NCBI GenBank assembly: GCA_964016885.1
Contig: OZ024748.1
Coordinates: forward strand, 59,582,001-59,646,000
From: Eledone cirrhosa
Lineage: Eukaryota
Length of the DNA stretch: 64,000 nt
Direction: 5' to 3'
In this document: positions 30,581 to 44,959 of the stretch, piece after piece
Layout of the letters: every line of letters starts with the position of its first letter
How positions within the stretch are numbered: the first letter of the stretch is position 1
The notes under the pieces: model-generated
Database searches by the model: none
What the model saw: the letters and a program-made list of their open reading frames with translations, nothing else
Told to the model about the DNA's origin: nothing
Made by a program: the position numbers and the translations under genes

Positions 30581-33500
30581 GATGTTCGATCTGTTTGTCA
30601 TAAAAAGGTAAATAAATAACAATTTCACTTTTTGCCTGGAAAATCCTTCATTAGTTTTTGTTCAAAGGAAACACTTTCACTTTTAACAAGCAAACACTTT
30701 ATTTTCATTAGACCCCGGATACGAGGAAACACCAATATATATATATTGGAGAGTGAAACTGTTTATAAAAGTGCCGGGGCGGGGTTCCTTTGAGTTCTGG
30801 CATCACTGCGCCCGTCACTGGTTACTCAAATACATGAGTAGTTTGAAATGGGGGGGGGGCTACATTGAATATCTGACCAGCTTGGGGTGGACGGGGGGGG
30901 GGATACATTGAATATCTGACCAGCTTGGGGTGGACGGGGATACATTGAATATCTGACCAGCTTGGGTGGACCGGGGGGGGGGGGGGCTACATTGAATATC
31001 TGACCAGCCTGGGGTGGAGGGTTTACATTTGATATCTGGCCAGGGCCTGTAACCAACCTGGTGGAGGGTATCTACACTTGATATCTGAGCAGAGCCTGAG
31101 ACCAGCTTGGGTGGTGAGATGTCTACATTTGATATCTGGCCTGGAGTTACGGCCCTTTATAGTCTGAGTTCAAATCTCGCCGAGGTTAACTTTGCCTTTC
31201 ATCCTTACGGGGTCGATAAAATAAAGTACCAGTAATGCACTGGGTAATTGCTGGTCTTGTGCCTAACGTAGAAACCATTATATATCTAACTTGGCTCTAT
31301 TTTACATCTGACCGAGGCCTATCATAAATGTTGCACGAGCCTGCACACATAAAGTGAGGATGTTTCGCTTTAGGTATATATATATATATATATATACATG
31401 CATACATAAACATGTATACATATATCTACTCTTTTACCTGTTCCAGCCATCCGGCCGAGGCCCTGCTGGGGCACCGCCCTTACATATCTATCTATCCATA
31501 TATATATATATATATATACACACATACATGTTTTCATCTATGTATAAAAATGTGTATTATGGTTGTTCTAAATATATTTATGTGAGAGAGAGAGCGAGAG
31601 ACAGAGAGGGGGGGGGTCTGGTGGTTCTTTTCCTTCTAAATATATGTATTTAAGAAATTCTGACTTGCTCCTCTTAACCATAAATATCAGTGTTAGGGGT
31701 TTCCTTTCCGTCGAGGGCGGCGGTGGTGGTGGTGGTGGTGAATGTGGTGGTGGTGAATGTGGTGGTGGTGGTGAATGTGGTGGTGGTGGTGGTGGTGGTG
31801 GTGAATGTGGTGATGGTGGTGGTGGTGGTGGTGGTGAATGTGGTGGTGGTGGTGGTGGTGAACTAGAAAGGGGAAGAGACGTTTATAAAATATTAGAAAA
31901 ATGGGGAGAAAAAGAAATAGAATAAAAAGAAAAGAAGGACAGAAAGGAAGACATTTCATTAATGAAAAAGAAAGAAAAGAAAACAAAGAGAATAATAAAA
32001 AAGGGTAGAAAACGAAAAAGATAATTTGAAGGAAAGAATAAAGAAAAATATAGAAGTATAACAATTAGGTGAAAGTCTGAATGAAATTATATGGATATAT
32101 GAGAGAGAGAGGGGGGGGGGGTCAGAGAGACTGAGAGGGAGAGAGGTAAGAGTGAGAGGGAAAGGTTATAAGTTAGGAAAAGAGATGACATTACGAGATA
32201 TTGTTTGAAATACCAACACCACCACCACCACCACTACCGCCGTGACCACCACCACCATCATCATCACCACTACCATCATCACCACCACCATCACCACCAC
32301 TCCTACTACCACCAACACCACCAACATCAGCACTACCTACCACCATCACCACCACTCCTACTACCACCAACACCACTACCGCCATTATCACCACCACTGC
32401 CCATCAACTCCCCTACTACCACCACAACTACCGCCGTTATCACCACCACCACTACCTACCACCTCCCCTACTACCACCATCGACACCACTACCTACCCCC
32501 TCCGCTACTACCAACATCACCACTACCTACCACCACCACCACTCCCAACACTACCACCACCATTGAAAAGGTATCTTACCTGACTCCTTAATTTCCGAAG
32601 GGAAATTTCCAGGAAATCAAATGTGTTTTTGTGGGTTGGTGTGGCAGCTGTTAGCACTGGTGGTTGTTTAGTGCTGGGGTAGATCTGACATCCTACATCT
32701 ACTGTCAGAATCATTCTCTACATCAACAAATCCTTTTTCATTCAGAAAGACCTTCCTCGCCTCCTCCACCACCGCTGTCGCCAGTCATGTAACTACATTT
32801 CCACCACCACCGCTGTCGCCATCGTCATGTAACTACATTCCCACCACCATCACCATTTAGCTTCACCGAGTCATGTAAGAACATTTCCACCACCGACACC
32901 ACCACCTCAACGATTTAGCTACACCGCCACCACCTCAATCATTTAACTACACTGCCACCATCACAACCATTTAACTAAAACACCACCGCTGCCATCACCA
33001 GTCATGTAACTACAATTCCCACCACCACCTCGACCATTTAGTTCCACCGCCATCCCCACCTCTACTATTAGCTCCAACACTCCTCCCTACCCAACTTCGC
33101 TGCCGTCAGTTTTGTAACAACAGCAATCTCACCACCACTAACAGCTCCGCCGGATGTCCTTTCCCCAAACGTCACCACCACCACCACCACATCCTAACAA
33201 CAGCAATCTCACCACCACCACCGCCGCCCAACCTGACTGTCTCCAATTCTAAACAGATCTTTACAACCCATTGCCTTGCGCAGATGGTAAAAACGATAAA
33301 AATTCCAATATTAAATATTGCGAAATTTGCTTGACACTTTCCCTATTACAACAGAAGACTACAGGGTTGTTTAGAATAGGGTAAAATTACAGCGGAAAGC
33401 AGCCCCCTACCTCATCATCTCTACCACCGCCCTCACGGATAATGGCGTAGGGTGAGGGAGAAGAGTTTTGTATTGGCAAGACAATTGGTTTGGTTTGGAG

Positions 33501-34156
33501 GAAATATATTTTACGTTAAGTGCGAGAACAAGGTGAGAAGTTTGGATTGGCAAACCAGTTGGTTTGGGGGAGATATATTTTCTGATAAGTACGAGATGAA
33601 CAAAGAGAAAAGAGGTTTGTATTGGCAAACCATTTGGTGTGGTTTGGTTTGGTTTGAGGGAGATATATTTTACGTTAAGTACGAGAAAGACAAGGCGAAA
33701 AAGAGTTTGTATTGGCAAACCATTTGGTTTGATTTAGTGGAAATACATTTTACGTTAAGTATGAGAGGGGACAAAGTGAGAAGAGGTTTGTATTGGCAAA
33801 CCAATTAGTTTGGTTTGGTTTCGGGGAGATATATTTTACGTTAAGTACGAGAGGGGGAAAAAGTGAAAAGAAGTTTGGTTTGGTTTGGGGGAGATATATT
33901 TCACATTAAATAGGAAAGGAACAAGGTGAAAATTGGTTTGGTGAGATATATTTTACGTGAAGTATGAGAGGAAGAAGACGAAAAGGTTTGTATTGGCACG
34001 CCATATAATTCACGTTAAGTAGGATATATTTATCTTCCGACCATAAATGGTGATACCACACCACACTATCTACAAACTGTCATTTTTGACAACCTCTGTT
34101 GAGTAACCTACGCTCCCGCCTCTTGTTATTATTGTTGTTGTCTATGATGATGATAG

Positions 34157-35029
34157 TAGTATATACTCGTGTATAAGCCGCATGAAAATAAGCGAAAAAT
34201 AAAAACAAAGCCGCATGCAATTCATCTAATAGATTTTAAAAAAAACTCAATTCAAAATATATGATACATTATAAATAGCGGTGCTCCAGCATGGCCTGTT
34301 TGTCAGCTGGAATACGAAATAGAGTAATAAATATTGGTTTCTGATTGAGGCACAAGGCCAACAATTTTGGGGTAGGGGAAAGTCAATTAAATCGACCCCA
34401 GTACATTACTGGTAATAAATATTGTATGTAAATGGAGATGTGATTTAGACGTGTGTTAAAGAAAAGTGAACATAAAAAAGAAAAAGAAGTAACAGTACAG
34501 TACTAGAGAACCCTATAATAGTGGCGTATTATGGTAGATTGGCAGTATCGGTAGAGGGTTGGACGCCATGCTTTCCAGCACGGTTACGTCCCTTTACAGT
34601 CTGAGTTCAAATCCTGCCGAGGTTAACTTTTCCGTTCATCCTTACGGGGGTCGATAAAATAAAGTACCAGTAATACACTGGGATAATTGCTGGCCTGGTG
34701 CCAAAAGTAGAAACAATTATTATAACGCTTGATATAGTTGGAAAAAAAGTCTCAAAGTTTCGGGCGCTAGACCTTCTTCGGAAGATGGAAACAGTGAGCA
34801 GTAAAGGGGAGACTGATAAAAGGAAAAAAAAAAAAAAAAAAAAAAAAAGAACGTGTATAAGTCGCACCATTTCCCCCCCACAAAAGTACGTGAAAATTCA
34901 GCACGCAACTCATCTACTAGACCTACAAAACATTTACTATAACTGAGTCATGTATATAACCAAGATTGTTATGTAAAATGGGGGGGGAGCATATATCTAC
35001 CAATGCGACTTATACACGAATATATACGA
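34157..35029. mobile_element. Tc1/pogo-like MITE interrupted by SINEs
   Basis: TIR pair GTATATACTCGTGTATAAGCCGCA / TGCGACTTATACACGAATATATAC. A similar, more degenerate pair lies at ~63305-63525. Confidence 0.5.
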
Positions 35030-35226
35030 TATAATATCATGCATAGAATAAACAAGTTTTACTCAGATTAACTGTTTAATTTGTTTATCATGAAAAAATA
35101 CAAAAAAAAATACAAAAAAAAAAAAATTTTGTGTCAATTTTTTTTTAGATAAGTTTTTTTTTATGTAAAAATATTTTCAATTTTTTTTTTTTTTCAAAAG
35201 TAAAAAAAAAAAAAAAAAAAAATACA

Positions 35227-35565
35227 TACGAGGGTAGGCTGAAAAGTTAATAGGCTGAGTATGAAGGAGTGATGCTAGCGCTGTGAAATCTAGCATGTGT
35301 TAATTTCAACTTTTCTTATTAACTATTGCATTGTTTCTTTCCAAGGACAATGTTGAAAAATAAACCACATTTGGTCATTCGATGAGAATATCTTGGTCAG
35401 CCTATGAAGGAGTGATGCGAGAGCTGTGAAATCTTGTATTAATTTCAACTCCTCTTATTAATAACTGTATTGTTCCTTTCCAGGGGCTATGTTGAAAAAT
35501 AAATCTCATTTGGTTATTCCATGAGAGTATCTTGGTCAGCCTATGAACTCTGCAGCCAACCCCCG
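35227..35565. mobile_element. Mariner-type MITE
   Basis: TA-CGAGGGTAGGCTGAAAAGTTAATAGGCTGA with imperfect inverted partner TCAGCCTATGAACTCTGCAGCCAACCC; internal ~140-bp duplication. Confidence 0.6.
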
Positions 35566-35699
35566 GGGGGATATATATACATACATACATTTTCTGTCCT
35601 AGTTTAAAACAATCACAAAAAAAAAAAAAAAAAGAAAATCAAGCTGCGATGTTATCGCAATTTCAGTTTAGTAACTGAGTCCATCGCACAGATGAAGGC

Positions 35700-36205
35700 A
35701 GTCAGGTTTGAATGCACCTCTGCCCTGCCCCACCCACCAAGACATGACAGCACTCTACGACCCCTTAAGGCATTATCAGGCCACATAGTTGAATTTCCCT
35801 CAGGCGAGTTGAGGACCACGTCTCGCTCATACAATTCATTGGAGAGGAGGGCGGGCGATATTAGTGACAGTTTCTTTCTAAAGGCCAAATGCCTAGTGAA
35901 ACCCAAGAATAGAGTACGGAATGCAGAGGTCAGTGTTGCTCCAGGTAGAACATCTAATTCTGCTATACTATGGACATGTGGTTAAAATATCTCAGGAAAG
36001 AATCCCTGGACAGATTTTACAGGAAAAAAAAAACCCCCACCAGCAGGAGACCCTAAGGTAGCATCCGAGTCAGATGGTTGGAGATAACATCCATGAGCTT
36101 GGAGATACAGCCAAATCAATTTGAGACAGTTCCTTCTGACAGGACTCGCTAGAAGGCATGCTTGAGTATTCTGCCCCCACAACCCTCCCAAGAAATGCAG
36201 AACCA
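35700..36205 (+). mobile_element. Degenerate RTE 3' region
   Basis: YGHVVKISQERIPGQIL...RW remnant; its 3' end matches the minus-strand fragment at 5086-5180. Confidence 0.6.
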
Positions 36206-36615
36206 CATTACATTAGTTTGTAAACTACCAAAGCTTTGTGTGGAGCAGCAGACGCTTTTTTGATTTCCTTCAGTAAAAATGTTTTTGTTTGTTAGTTTGT
36301 TTATTGTTTCAACAAAGGACAGAGTGGGGTAAGGGGGTTGGCAAAGATTTTTCCCCTCTCCCCTTTAAAAAACATGAACTGGGAGTCACCTTATTATCCA
36401 CAAGAACTACACTCAATTTGACAATAACAGAAAATATACGAAAGTTGCAGTAAAAAATGTTTGTATCAAATAAACACCTCTCATGTAAAATATTGAGGTA
36501 AAAATAATAAAAATAACAGCAACAAACATAAATTAAGACAAAAACATTTTTTTTGTTTTTAAAAAAATAATTTTTTTGTAAGTCTTTTTTGTTCTGTAAT
36601 ACAGCTACAGCTCAC

Positions 36616-36990
36616 TTAAACTTTTAGCATTTACATTACTCTATATATACTATTATATTTTTGTGTTAAAGGCTTTATCTCACATAATTATCCCACATAA
36701 TATGGAATCTATGGGATTTTGATATTATTTATTTTGAGAACAATACCGTTATATCAGTATGAGTCACTGGTTATGACTGGTTTGAACAGAAAAAGGTGAG
36801 AAAATTCTGGCCGGATATAGCCGGTTTAAATGCTAAATGGTTAAATCTTTAGCATTTAAACCGGCCGTATCTTTCTGTTCAAACTGACTGCAACTGGCCA
36901 CTCATACTGACATTAAGGTATTGTTCTCAAAATAAAAAGAGGTGAGAAAATTCTGGCCGGATACGGCCGGTTTAAATGCTAAAGGGCTAA
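36616..36990. mobile_element. Two adjacent piggyBac-type MITEs sharing a TTAA
   Basis: TTAA-nnnTTTAGCATTTA ... TAAATGCTAAA-nnn-(T/C)TAA termini at ~36616-36844 and 36841-36990. Confidence 0.65.
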
Positions 36991-39900
36991 TGATGTTTGA
37001 AGTGAGAAGTAGCTGTATATCAGAAGTTTAAAGTCTGTCCCAAGCCTAGGGTTTGCTCTCATCAAATGGGAGCACAGGACAGTCTAATTTCATATGGTGT
37101 TAAGTGACTGAGAATATAAGACACCTATTACTCCTGGATAGTCCCTTATAAGGTTAACCTTATTATATGGGAATCAGATAAACTTTTTTTATTTTTTCAT
37201 TTTATTCTATTTTATCATGAAAAAATACAAAATTATTTTTATGTTAATTTTTTTTCTTTTAATCCAAATATAATTTTTTTTTTCTCGAAAATATTTCAAA
37301 ATATTTACATATATTAAAAAAATAAAAAACATACAAAACACATTTGTTCCCTGTCCTGGTCAAAAAAAAAAATTGAGGTCTGTCTCAAGACCAGAACCTC
37401 ATCTGACTGGAACTTATTCCAGTTTCATGTGTCATTAAATGACTTAGAGTACAAAATGCCCCATCCACCCGGGACAGGATGTCAGTCCATTACATAATTA
37501 ACTCACCAGTTGCTGTTGTTGGTGTTGGTGGTGGTTCACATTTTTAAAATATGTTTTCCAACAGAATGGACTACCCCAACATAAAATGAAGTGTGTCGCT
37601 TAAGTACATACTGCCCAGCCTGGGAATCAAGCCCCAAACCTTATATTCGTGAGCCTAACTTGCTAACCACAAAGCCACACACTTTCGCAGAGTTAAAATC
37701 AGTCTCAGGCTATGAGGCTCAGCAGATCGGAACTCATCTAGATTTCATTAGCATTAAATGACTGAGAATACAAGAGACTTCCCCACCTCCTGTATGGGAC
37801 ACCAGTCACCCACAGGGTTAATCCCCCAGCTAACTACTGGTACTTTCTTTTTCAGCCGAGTGGACAGAAGCTACATACCACCTAGTCCAGGAATTGAACC
37901 TACAACCTTACAATCGTGAGCCCAACCACCTTAACCACTAGGTCATGAATGGAGCAACATGAAATGAAGTGCCTAAACACAACCACAGTCTAGGAATTGA
38001 ACTCACAATCATGATTGTGAGCCCAACACCTTAACCACTAGGCCATGATTGGAGCAACATGAAATGAAGTGCTTTACTTAAGAACACAATAACACATTGC
38101 TATATCTGGGAATTGAACTCACCATCATAAGATTGCAGGCTGAGCACCCTAACCACTAGATTGCGATGAAAACTTTAATGGGAAAAGGAGGGAAAAAAAT
38201 AAGATAAATTTAGGGAATGGTGAAGTGTGTGTGTGTGGGGGGGGGGTAGAAGCAACACACAACTAAATTTGTACATTGAATTGGTTCCCTTCAACCATCA
38301 TCATCACCACCAACATTATTATAGACACTTTCATCATCATCATCCTAACATTTAATAAATGCATGTTTTATTCTAGCACCATCATCACCACCACCACCAC
38401 ACATTATCAGCACCACTCATCATCATCATCATCATCATCATCACTAATATTGGTATCTTACATGTTAAAAAGTTTTCTTTTCTTTTGAAAATCTATTCCT
38501 ACAAGAGATTTATATTTCTCTTAACATGTAAGTGGCTGAGCATTCCACAGACATATGTACCTTTAACGTAATTCTCGGAGATTCAGCATGTCAGTTTGTA
38601 ACAAAGCTCATCCTTTGAACTACAGGTACAGTCTATTTGATAATCTATTTGATGGGCTTCCACACAGTTTCCATCAGCCCACTCACAAGGCATGGGGATC
38701 AAATGACACTTGTCCAAGATGTCACACAGTGGGACGGAACTGAGGACCTTGTGATTGTGAAGTTAACTTATCCAGCCAGATTGTGTCAACTAAATATACT
38801 TATTTTTGTCTAGTAAAAAAAAAAAGAAATGGTTAAATTGAGTTGCTTTAACTCTCAACATCCTGTAATGATTTGACAAAAAATACCTAAAAACAAGTTT
38901 GTTAATTCAAATGCTTATAGTATTTTTACTACTAAACAATTTGTTAAAATTAGACTAAAATCTTTAATGTTTAACCTGTTGACTGCCATCTATATTTTAC
39001 ACAACTACAGTTGCTGTGTGGGTTTTTTTTTTCAGTAAAATGACTATTTTTTAAACAATCATTTATTAACAACACATATCTGAATGATTGATAAACGTCA
39101 CATATATAATCTAGTAACCCCCTCTAGCTTTGAAGTTATGAACTGTTGGAGTTCAAACATGTTAAGACAAGTTATCTCATCTGTGGGACTGGAATGTTAG
39201 GACGAGTTATCTCGTCTACGGCCTGAAGAGGTTAATGTGATACAGTCATATGGCTGTTTTGTACTTTTCAGGATCGTCTAACCAATGTGGTTTCATGTGG
39301 AACAGGACGTTAAGAGTTAAATAAACAGACCAACAGTTACCATATTCTTCGGCTTATATTCAAGTATAAAAGATATATTTCCTATTACGAAATCTCTACA
39401 AATTCTTCATTAGTTTCAAAATGATTTGAAAATCAGAGGCAGAATCTATCATTAGAAATATATCAATGAAATGGTTGTAAATATATTAATATTTACCTAA
39501 AGACCTTCCTTCAGAATATGAAGTTATGTTTTAAATTTAAAAAAAAAACAGCTTAATAGTCAGAAAGTTTTTTATATTAGTAAATACCTGGAAATTCTTC
39601 ATTATTTTCAAAATGATTTGAGAATAATGGTTTCTACTTTTGGCACAAGGCCAGCAATTATCCCAGTGCATTACTGGTACTTTATTTTATCGACCCCGTA
39701 AGGATGAAAGGCAAAGTTAACCTCGGCAGGATTTGAACTCAGAATGGCAAGGGCCGTAACTCTATGCATCAAAGCATGGCGCCTGACCCTCTACCGATAC
39801 TGCCAGCAGTGCCTATCATTAGAAATATGGTAACAAAAAAAAGAAAAAAAAAAGAGTTAAAATATAATATATAAAAAATAAATTTAAAAATTCCAAATTT

Positions 39901-40029
39901 TGGAAAATAAAAACAGACCGTAAGATATTTTTCAATCTACGAATGAAACAAGGAATGGATATGATGGAAATGAAATTTCTTCCGCAAAACTTAAGTATTT
40001 CAAAATATTAGCTTTTCATTATATGACAG

Positions 40030-40700
40030 CAAGCTACATGTTTTAAAGTGTTTATATATTTCTCTAAAAAAAAATCTTCCTTCCATGTAAGAACCTTTGT
40101 TAAGTTATGTTCCAAACACTAACTTAATGATGAAAAAGTTAGTTATATTCTTCTCATTAGAAACATGGTAATGAAAGGTTTAAAATGTTTATATATTTCT
40201 TAAAAAACCCTTCCTTCCATGTAAGAACCTTTGTTAAGTTATGTTCCAAACACCAACTTAACGATGAAAAAGTTAGTTATATTCTTCTCATTAGAAACAT
40301 GGTAATGAAAGGTTTAAAATGTTTATATATTTCTTAAAAAACCCTTCCTTCCATGTAAGAACCTTTGTTAAGTTATGTTCACTTAATGATGAGAAAGTTA
40401 GTTATATTCTATATTTACTAAATCCCTGCAAATTTTTCATTTTCAAAATTATTTGAAAAGCATAGGCAGTGTCTTTCATTAGAAACATGGTAATGAAAGG
40501 TTTAATGTGTTTATATATTCCTCTAAAAAAATACCTTCTTTCCATGTAAGCACCTTTGTTAAGTTACATTCCAAACACCAACTAAATGATGAGGAAGTTA
40601 GTTATTTTCTTTATTACTAAATCCCTGCAGATTCTTTCATTAGTTTCAAAATTAATTGAAAACCACAAGCAGTGTCTTTCAATAGAAATATGGTAACGAA
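40030..40700. repeat. ~130-bp AT-rich tandem repeats just downstream of the CDK2 stop
   Basis: Repeated CTTCCTTCCATGTAAGAACCTTTGTTAAGTTATGTTC...CATTAGAAACATGGTAATGAAAGG. Confidence 0.85.
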
Positions 40701-40879
40701 AGAGTTAGATGGGGTGGGGAGGCGCAAAAAAAAAGCCCCAAAAAAAAAAACTGGAAATAAATAAATAAATAAATAAGCCAAAAAAGAAAAAAAATAATTA
40801 TAATAATAATTTTGAAGAATGAAAATTCAACAAAAAAATATATGAAATATATTCCTTTTTGAAAATGTTCTTTCTTTCC

Positions 40880-40981
40880 TCAGACAATAACAGGTTTGTG
40901 TTTCCGTACATCATTGAAATAAGGATGGAGAAGAGCTAGTCGAGCCGTGATACGGTTCTTTGGTTCATAACGTAACATATT
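40880..40981 (-). CDS. CDK2: CDK2 last coding exon (NMLRYEPKNRITARLALLHPYFNDVRKHKPVIV*)
   Basis: tttcag acceptor; R-I-T-A...HPYF kinase C-terminal motif; TGA at 40880-40882. Confidence 0.94.
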   Translation of the reverse strand, partial: NMLRYEPKNRITARLALLHPYFNDVRKHKPVIV

Positions 40982-42644
40982 CTGAAAGACAGAAGACAGA
41001 AGATTTAGAAGGGTTCATTCAAATATGGCGGCGGCTGCAGGGGTCTAACTCTTAAACAATCAACCGACACACACACATATATATATATAAAATTGTTAAA
41101 CAATATTCAATGATTATGTCAAAGAATGAGTTTTACAGTAGATTGGAAGCACTCAACGGAAAAAAATTATTTTCTGGAGTTATTAATATTAAAATATAAG
41201 TATTAATAAAATAGATAATCACTACCTTGATTAAATCTTAACCATTTAACATCTCAGGGTATGTCATGTATCATTATCTTTTGTCTGATGAGGACGTACT
41301 GTTGTACATCCGAAATATGTATAATAAAATGTAATTGATAAAAAGAACATCTATTTTATTAATACTTATATTTTAATATATATATATACACTCAATACTT
41401 AGGGAAGTAGAGTGGGTAATAGACTTTAGTCCAGAAATAGCCGTCGAAACGGCTTGAGCTCTGCCGTCGGGGTCATACTTTCTCCCATTATATTACCCAC
41501 TCTACTAGCCTAAGTATTGAGTACTCTGGTTCCTTACCACAACTCCTTCGTTATATATATCATCATCATCACCGTTTTACATCCGTTCTTCCATGCTAGC
41601 ATGGGTTAGACGGGTTGTCCTGTTGTGTGCAGTGTCTGGTCGGCTGACCATGCCTTGCTCATACAGGAACTGATCTGGCTTGATTTCTACAGCTGGATGC
41701 CCTTCCTAACACCAACCTCATTTACAGTGAGTGCTGGGTGCTTTTTCGTGGCGCCTACACGTCCACTTTACAGTGTGGGCTGGGTGCTTTTTTGCCGTGG
41801 CACCTCCACGACCACCTTGCGGTGGGGGGTGTGGGGGCATATTGTTTATATGCTTCAGCATGTACCCATGGGAGGTCGGGTACTTTGTATTATTGCGCGA
41901 CGCCAGAAATATATATATATATATATATACTACAGGAACACATTTATAAAAACATACATATATACACTACTCAAGTACAGCAACCAACACATCATTACAC
42001 ATATACAAAAAACTACACACACAGAGTACAACAACCAACAGACATACACACACGAGTACAGCAACCAACAGACATACACACACGAGTACAGCAACCAACA
42101 GACATACTCACACGAGTACAGCAACCAACACACACAAGTACAACAATAAACATACACACAAGTACAACAACCAACACACATACATACATACATACATACA
42201 TTTACACAAGTACAACAACCAAGCAACACACATACACACAAGTAAAGCAAGCAACACACATACACACAAGTACAGCAACCAACACACATACATACACACA
42301 AGTACAGCAACCAACACACACACAAGTACAACAACCAAGCAACACACATACACACAAGTAAAGCAACCAACACACACACTCTACAACCTCATAAATACAC
42401 CAATTAACATACACTAAAAAAGTATGCCAATACACACACACATACTTCAAGTATACCACCAACACACACAAACTTACTACAAACCTATGTGATGATGATG
42501 ATGATATGATATATGACAATACAATGATGATGATGATGATGACAGTACGATGATGATAACATGATGGTGATGATGGAGGCCAAATTGTCACAGTGTAAGG
42601 AGACTAGATGTGAGGGGGGGGGGGGGATACATTAAAGTTCTTAC

Positions 42645-42778
42645 ATTGAGCAAGTCGATTCCATCATTCTCCAGCTTTGGTATCAAGTGATCCATGTTCT
42701 GGATTGGCCAACGTGGGAAAGATGACTTGTAATCAGGTAAACTAGATACCCCACGCCAGGTATTCTCATCTGGTGTAC
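42645..42778 (-). CDS. CDK2: CDK2 coding exon 7 (GTPDENTWRGVSSLPDYKSSFPRWPIQNMDHLIPKLENDGIDLLN)
   Basis: 134 nt; cccag/gtaag; 70+134=204 nt equals the single vertebrate exon 6. Confidence 0.95.
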
Positions 42779-42841
42779 CTGGGAAAAAGAGAAAGAAGAA
42801 AAAAAAAAAGAACCAAGACCAGGTGAGAATGAGAAGTAAAG

Positions 42842-42968
<127 letters not shown>

Positions 42969-42969
42969 C

Positions 42970-44184
42970 TTAACCCTTTAGTGTTCAAACCGCCCGAAAT
43001 CGCCCGATAACACCCACACTAAAAAATTGTTTTAAAAAACCATCATCAAAATCTCGTCAATTCGAGATTACTGCGAGATTAGGCTCTTACCGCGAAAACT
43101 AAAACTTAATACAGTGAAGCAACTTAAAACAAGTGATTTTTTTTAATTTTGGAAGGATAATAAATTCTTTTTTTTATTCAACATGGCTTATGAAAGTAGC
43201 GATACCGACTTTGAAGGTTTTACACATGACGACATTCAGAATAAACAAGAAACAAACGATAATATTAGTGATTTATCTTCAAATGAATCTGATGTTTATA
43301 TTTCTGAAATTTCGTCCAACGGTGATTGTTTTGAAAGTGAAAACGAAAGATCTCCAGGGCACCACTGAAAATATTACAGCAACGTGGTTGAAAAATATCA
43401 CACTAATATATGTTCCCGATTTTATTTAAAATACTGGTCCACAACACACATTAGCTCCCGATGCTAAAGCACTAGATTATTTCTTTTTGTTTTTACCACA
43501 AACTTTCTTCGAAGTTGTGGCAGAAGAGATTAATCGATATGCCCAACAACAGATTTCAAATCGAGGAAAACACGATCTGTTTGGCGACCAAAAGATGCTG
43601 TGGAAAGGCAAGCATTTTTTACCGTAAATATTATGTTGGGTATAAAACAATTTCCAAGACTGTGGAATTACAGGAACACTGATATAAGGTTTAGTGATTC
43701 TTATATATCAAGTATTATGCCGAAAACAACGTATTTAAAATTAAACCAGTATTTGCACCTGGTTGATACTTCAAATGCCCCTATTAATTAATTTCACCTG
43801 CCCATAAAAGTCAAATTTGACCAAATAAATCAGGTAAAATTATATAATTGTAAATTATTGATATTTAAACATCTAACAAAATGTCAAGCCTGCACATAGA
43901 AAATTAAGAAAATTACAAACAAATAAAATTGATAACTGAAAATAATTGTTTCTACTTTTGGCACAAGGCCAGCAATTAACCAGTACATTACTGGTACTTT
44001 ATTTTATGGACCCCGTAAAGATCAAAGGCAAAGTTAACCTCGGCGGGATTTGAACTCAGACCATAAAGGGCCGTAACTCTTTGCTGCAAAGGATGGTGTC
44101 CGACCCTCTATCGATACTGCCAATCCAATAATGCGAACAGATAAGCATGACGTTTGAAAATTAATGCAAATGCTAAAAGGTTAA
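42970..44184 (+). mobile_element. Internally deleted piggyBac transposon
   Basis: TTAA|CCCTTTAG...CTAAAAGG|TTAA ends. Degraded transposase N-terminus: MAYESSDTDFEGF, LDYFFLF...EEINRYAQQ, IMLGI...YLHLVD. Contains a SINE insertion. Confidence 0.82.
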
Positions 44185-44959
44185 TTGCTATAAGTTACTG
44201 TTTTGTCTCCTCTCTTACTCCACTGGACAACGCTTTGGCTTGTGTCAAACGTTCTGAACTCAGGTGAACCAGCAGGTAGGGGTCGAAACTGCCAATAGCA
44301 CTGGAGTTCTGTGTCTTTCGTTTGTATTTTTATTTTCAAAAAATAATTTTTTAAGGTTTCCTCTTAAAAAAATTGTTTTCGTTTTGCTTTCGTTTTGTTC
44401 ATTGTCTTGTCCGCTCTTTGTAGATAAACAAAGATAGATAGAGACAAAAAATAGATAGAGAGAAAGATAGAGACGAAAAAGAGAGACAAATGATAGAGAG
44501 AGAGAAAGATAGATAGAGAGAAAGAGAGAGACAAAAGATAGAGAGAGAGAAAGATAGAGACAAAAGATAGATAGAAAGAGCAACAAATGATAGAGAGAAA
44601 GATAGAGAGAGAGAGAGACAAATGATAGAGAGAGAGATAGACAAAAGATAGATAGAGGGAAAGATAGAAAAAGAGACAAATGATAGAGAGAGTGATAGAC
44701 AAAAGATAGAGAGAGGGAAAGATACATAGAGAGAAAGACAAAAGATAGAGAGACAAATGATAGAGAGAAAGATAGACAAAAGATAGAGAGAGAGATAGAC
44801 AAAAGATAGATAAAGAGAAATATAGAGAGACAAATGATAGAGAGAGAGATAGACAAAAGATAGAGAGAGAAATAGACAAATGATAGAGAGAGAGAAAGAT
44901 AGAGAAAGAAAGATGCTATTCCTAGCACTTACAAGGAAAACAACAATAGCAGTAACAAC

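Noticed and set aside
27963-30821. Possible hAT element bounded by CAGTGAGGGCG / CGCCCGTCACTG
   Set aside because: Short imperfect match, no 8-bp TSD, no transposase remnant recognised.
31644-32591. Gly-rich and poly-His ORFs
   Set aside because: (GGT)n/(CAC)n trinucleotide tracts with no homology or splice support.
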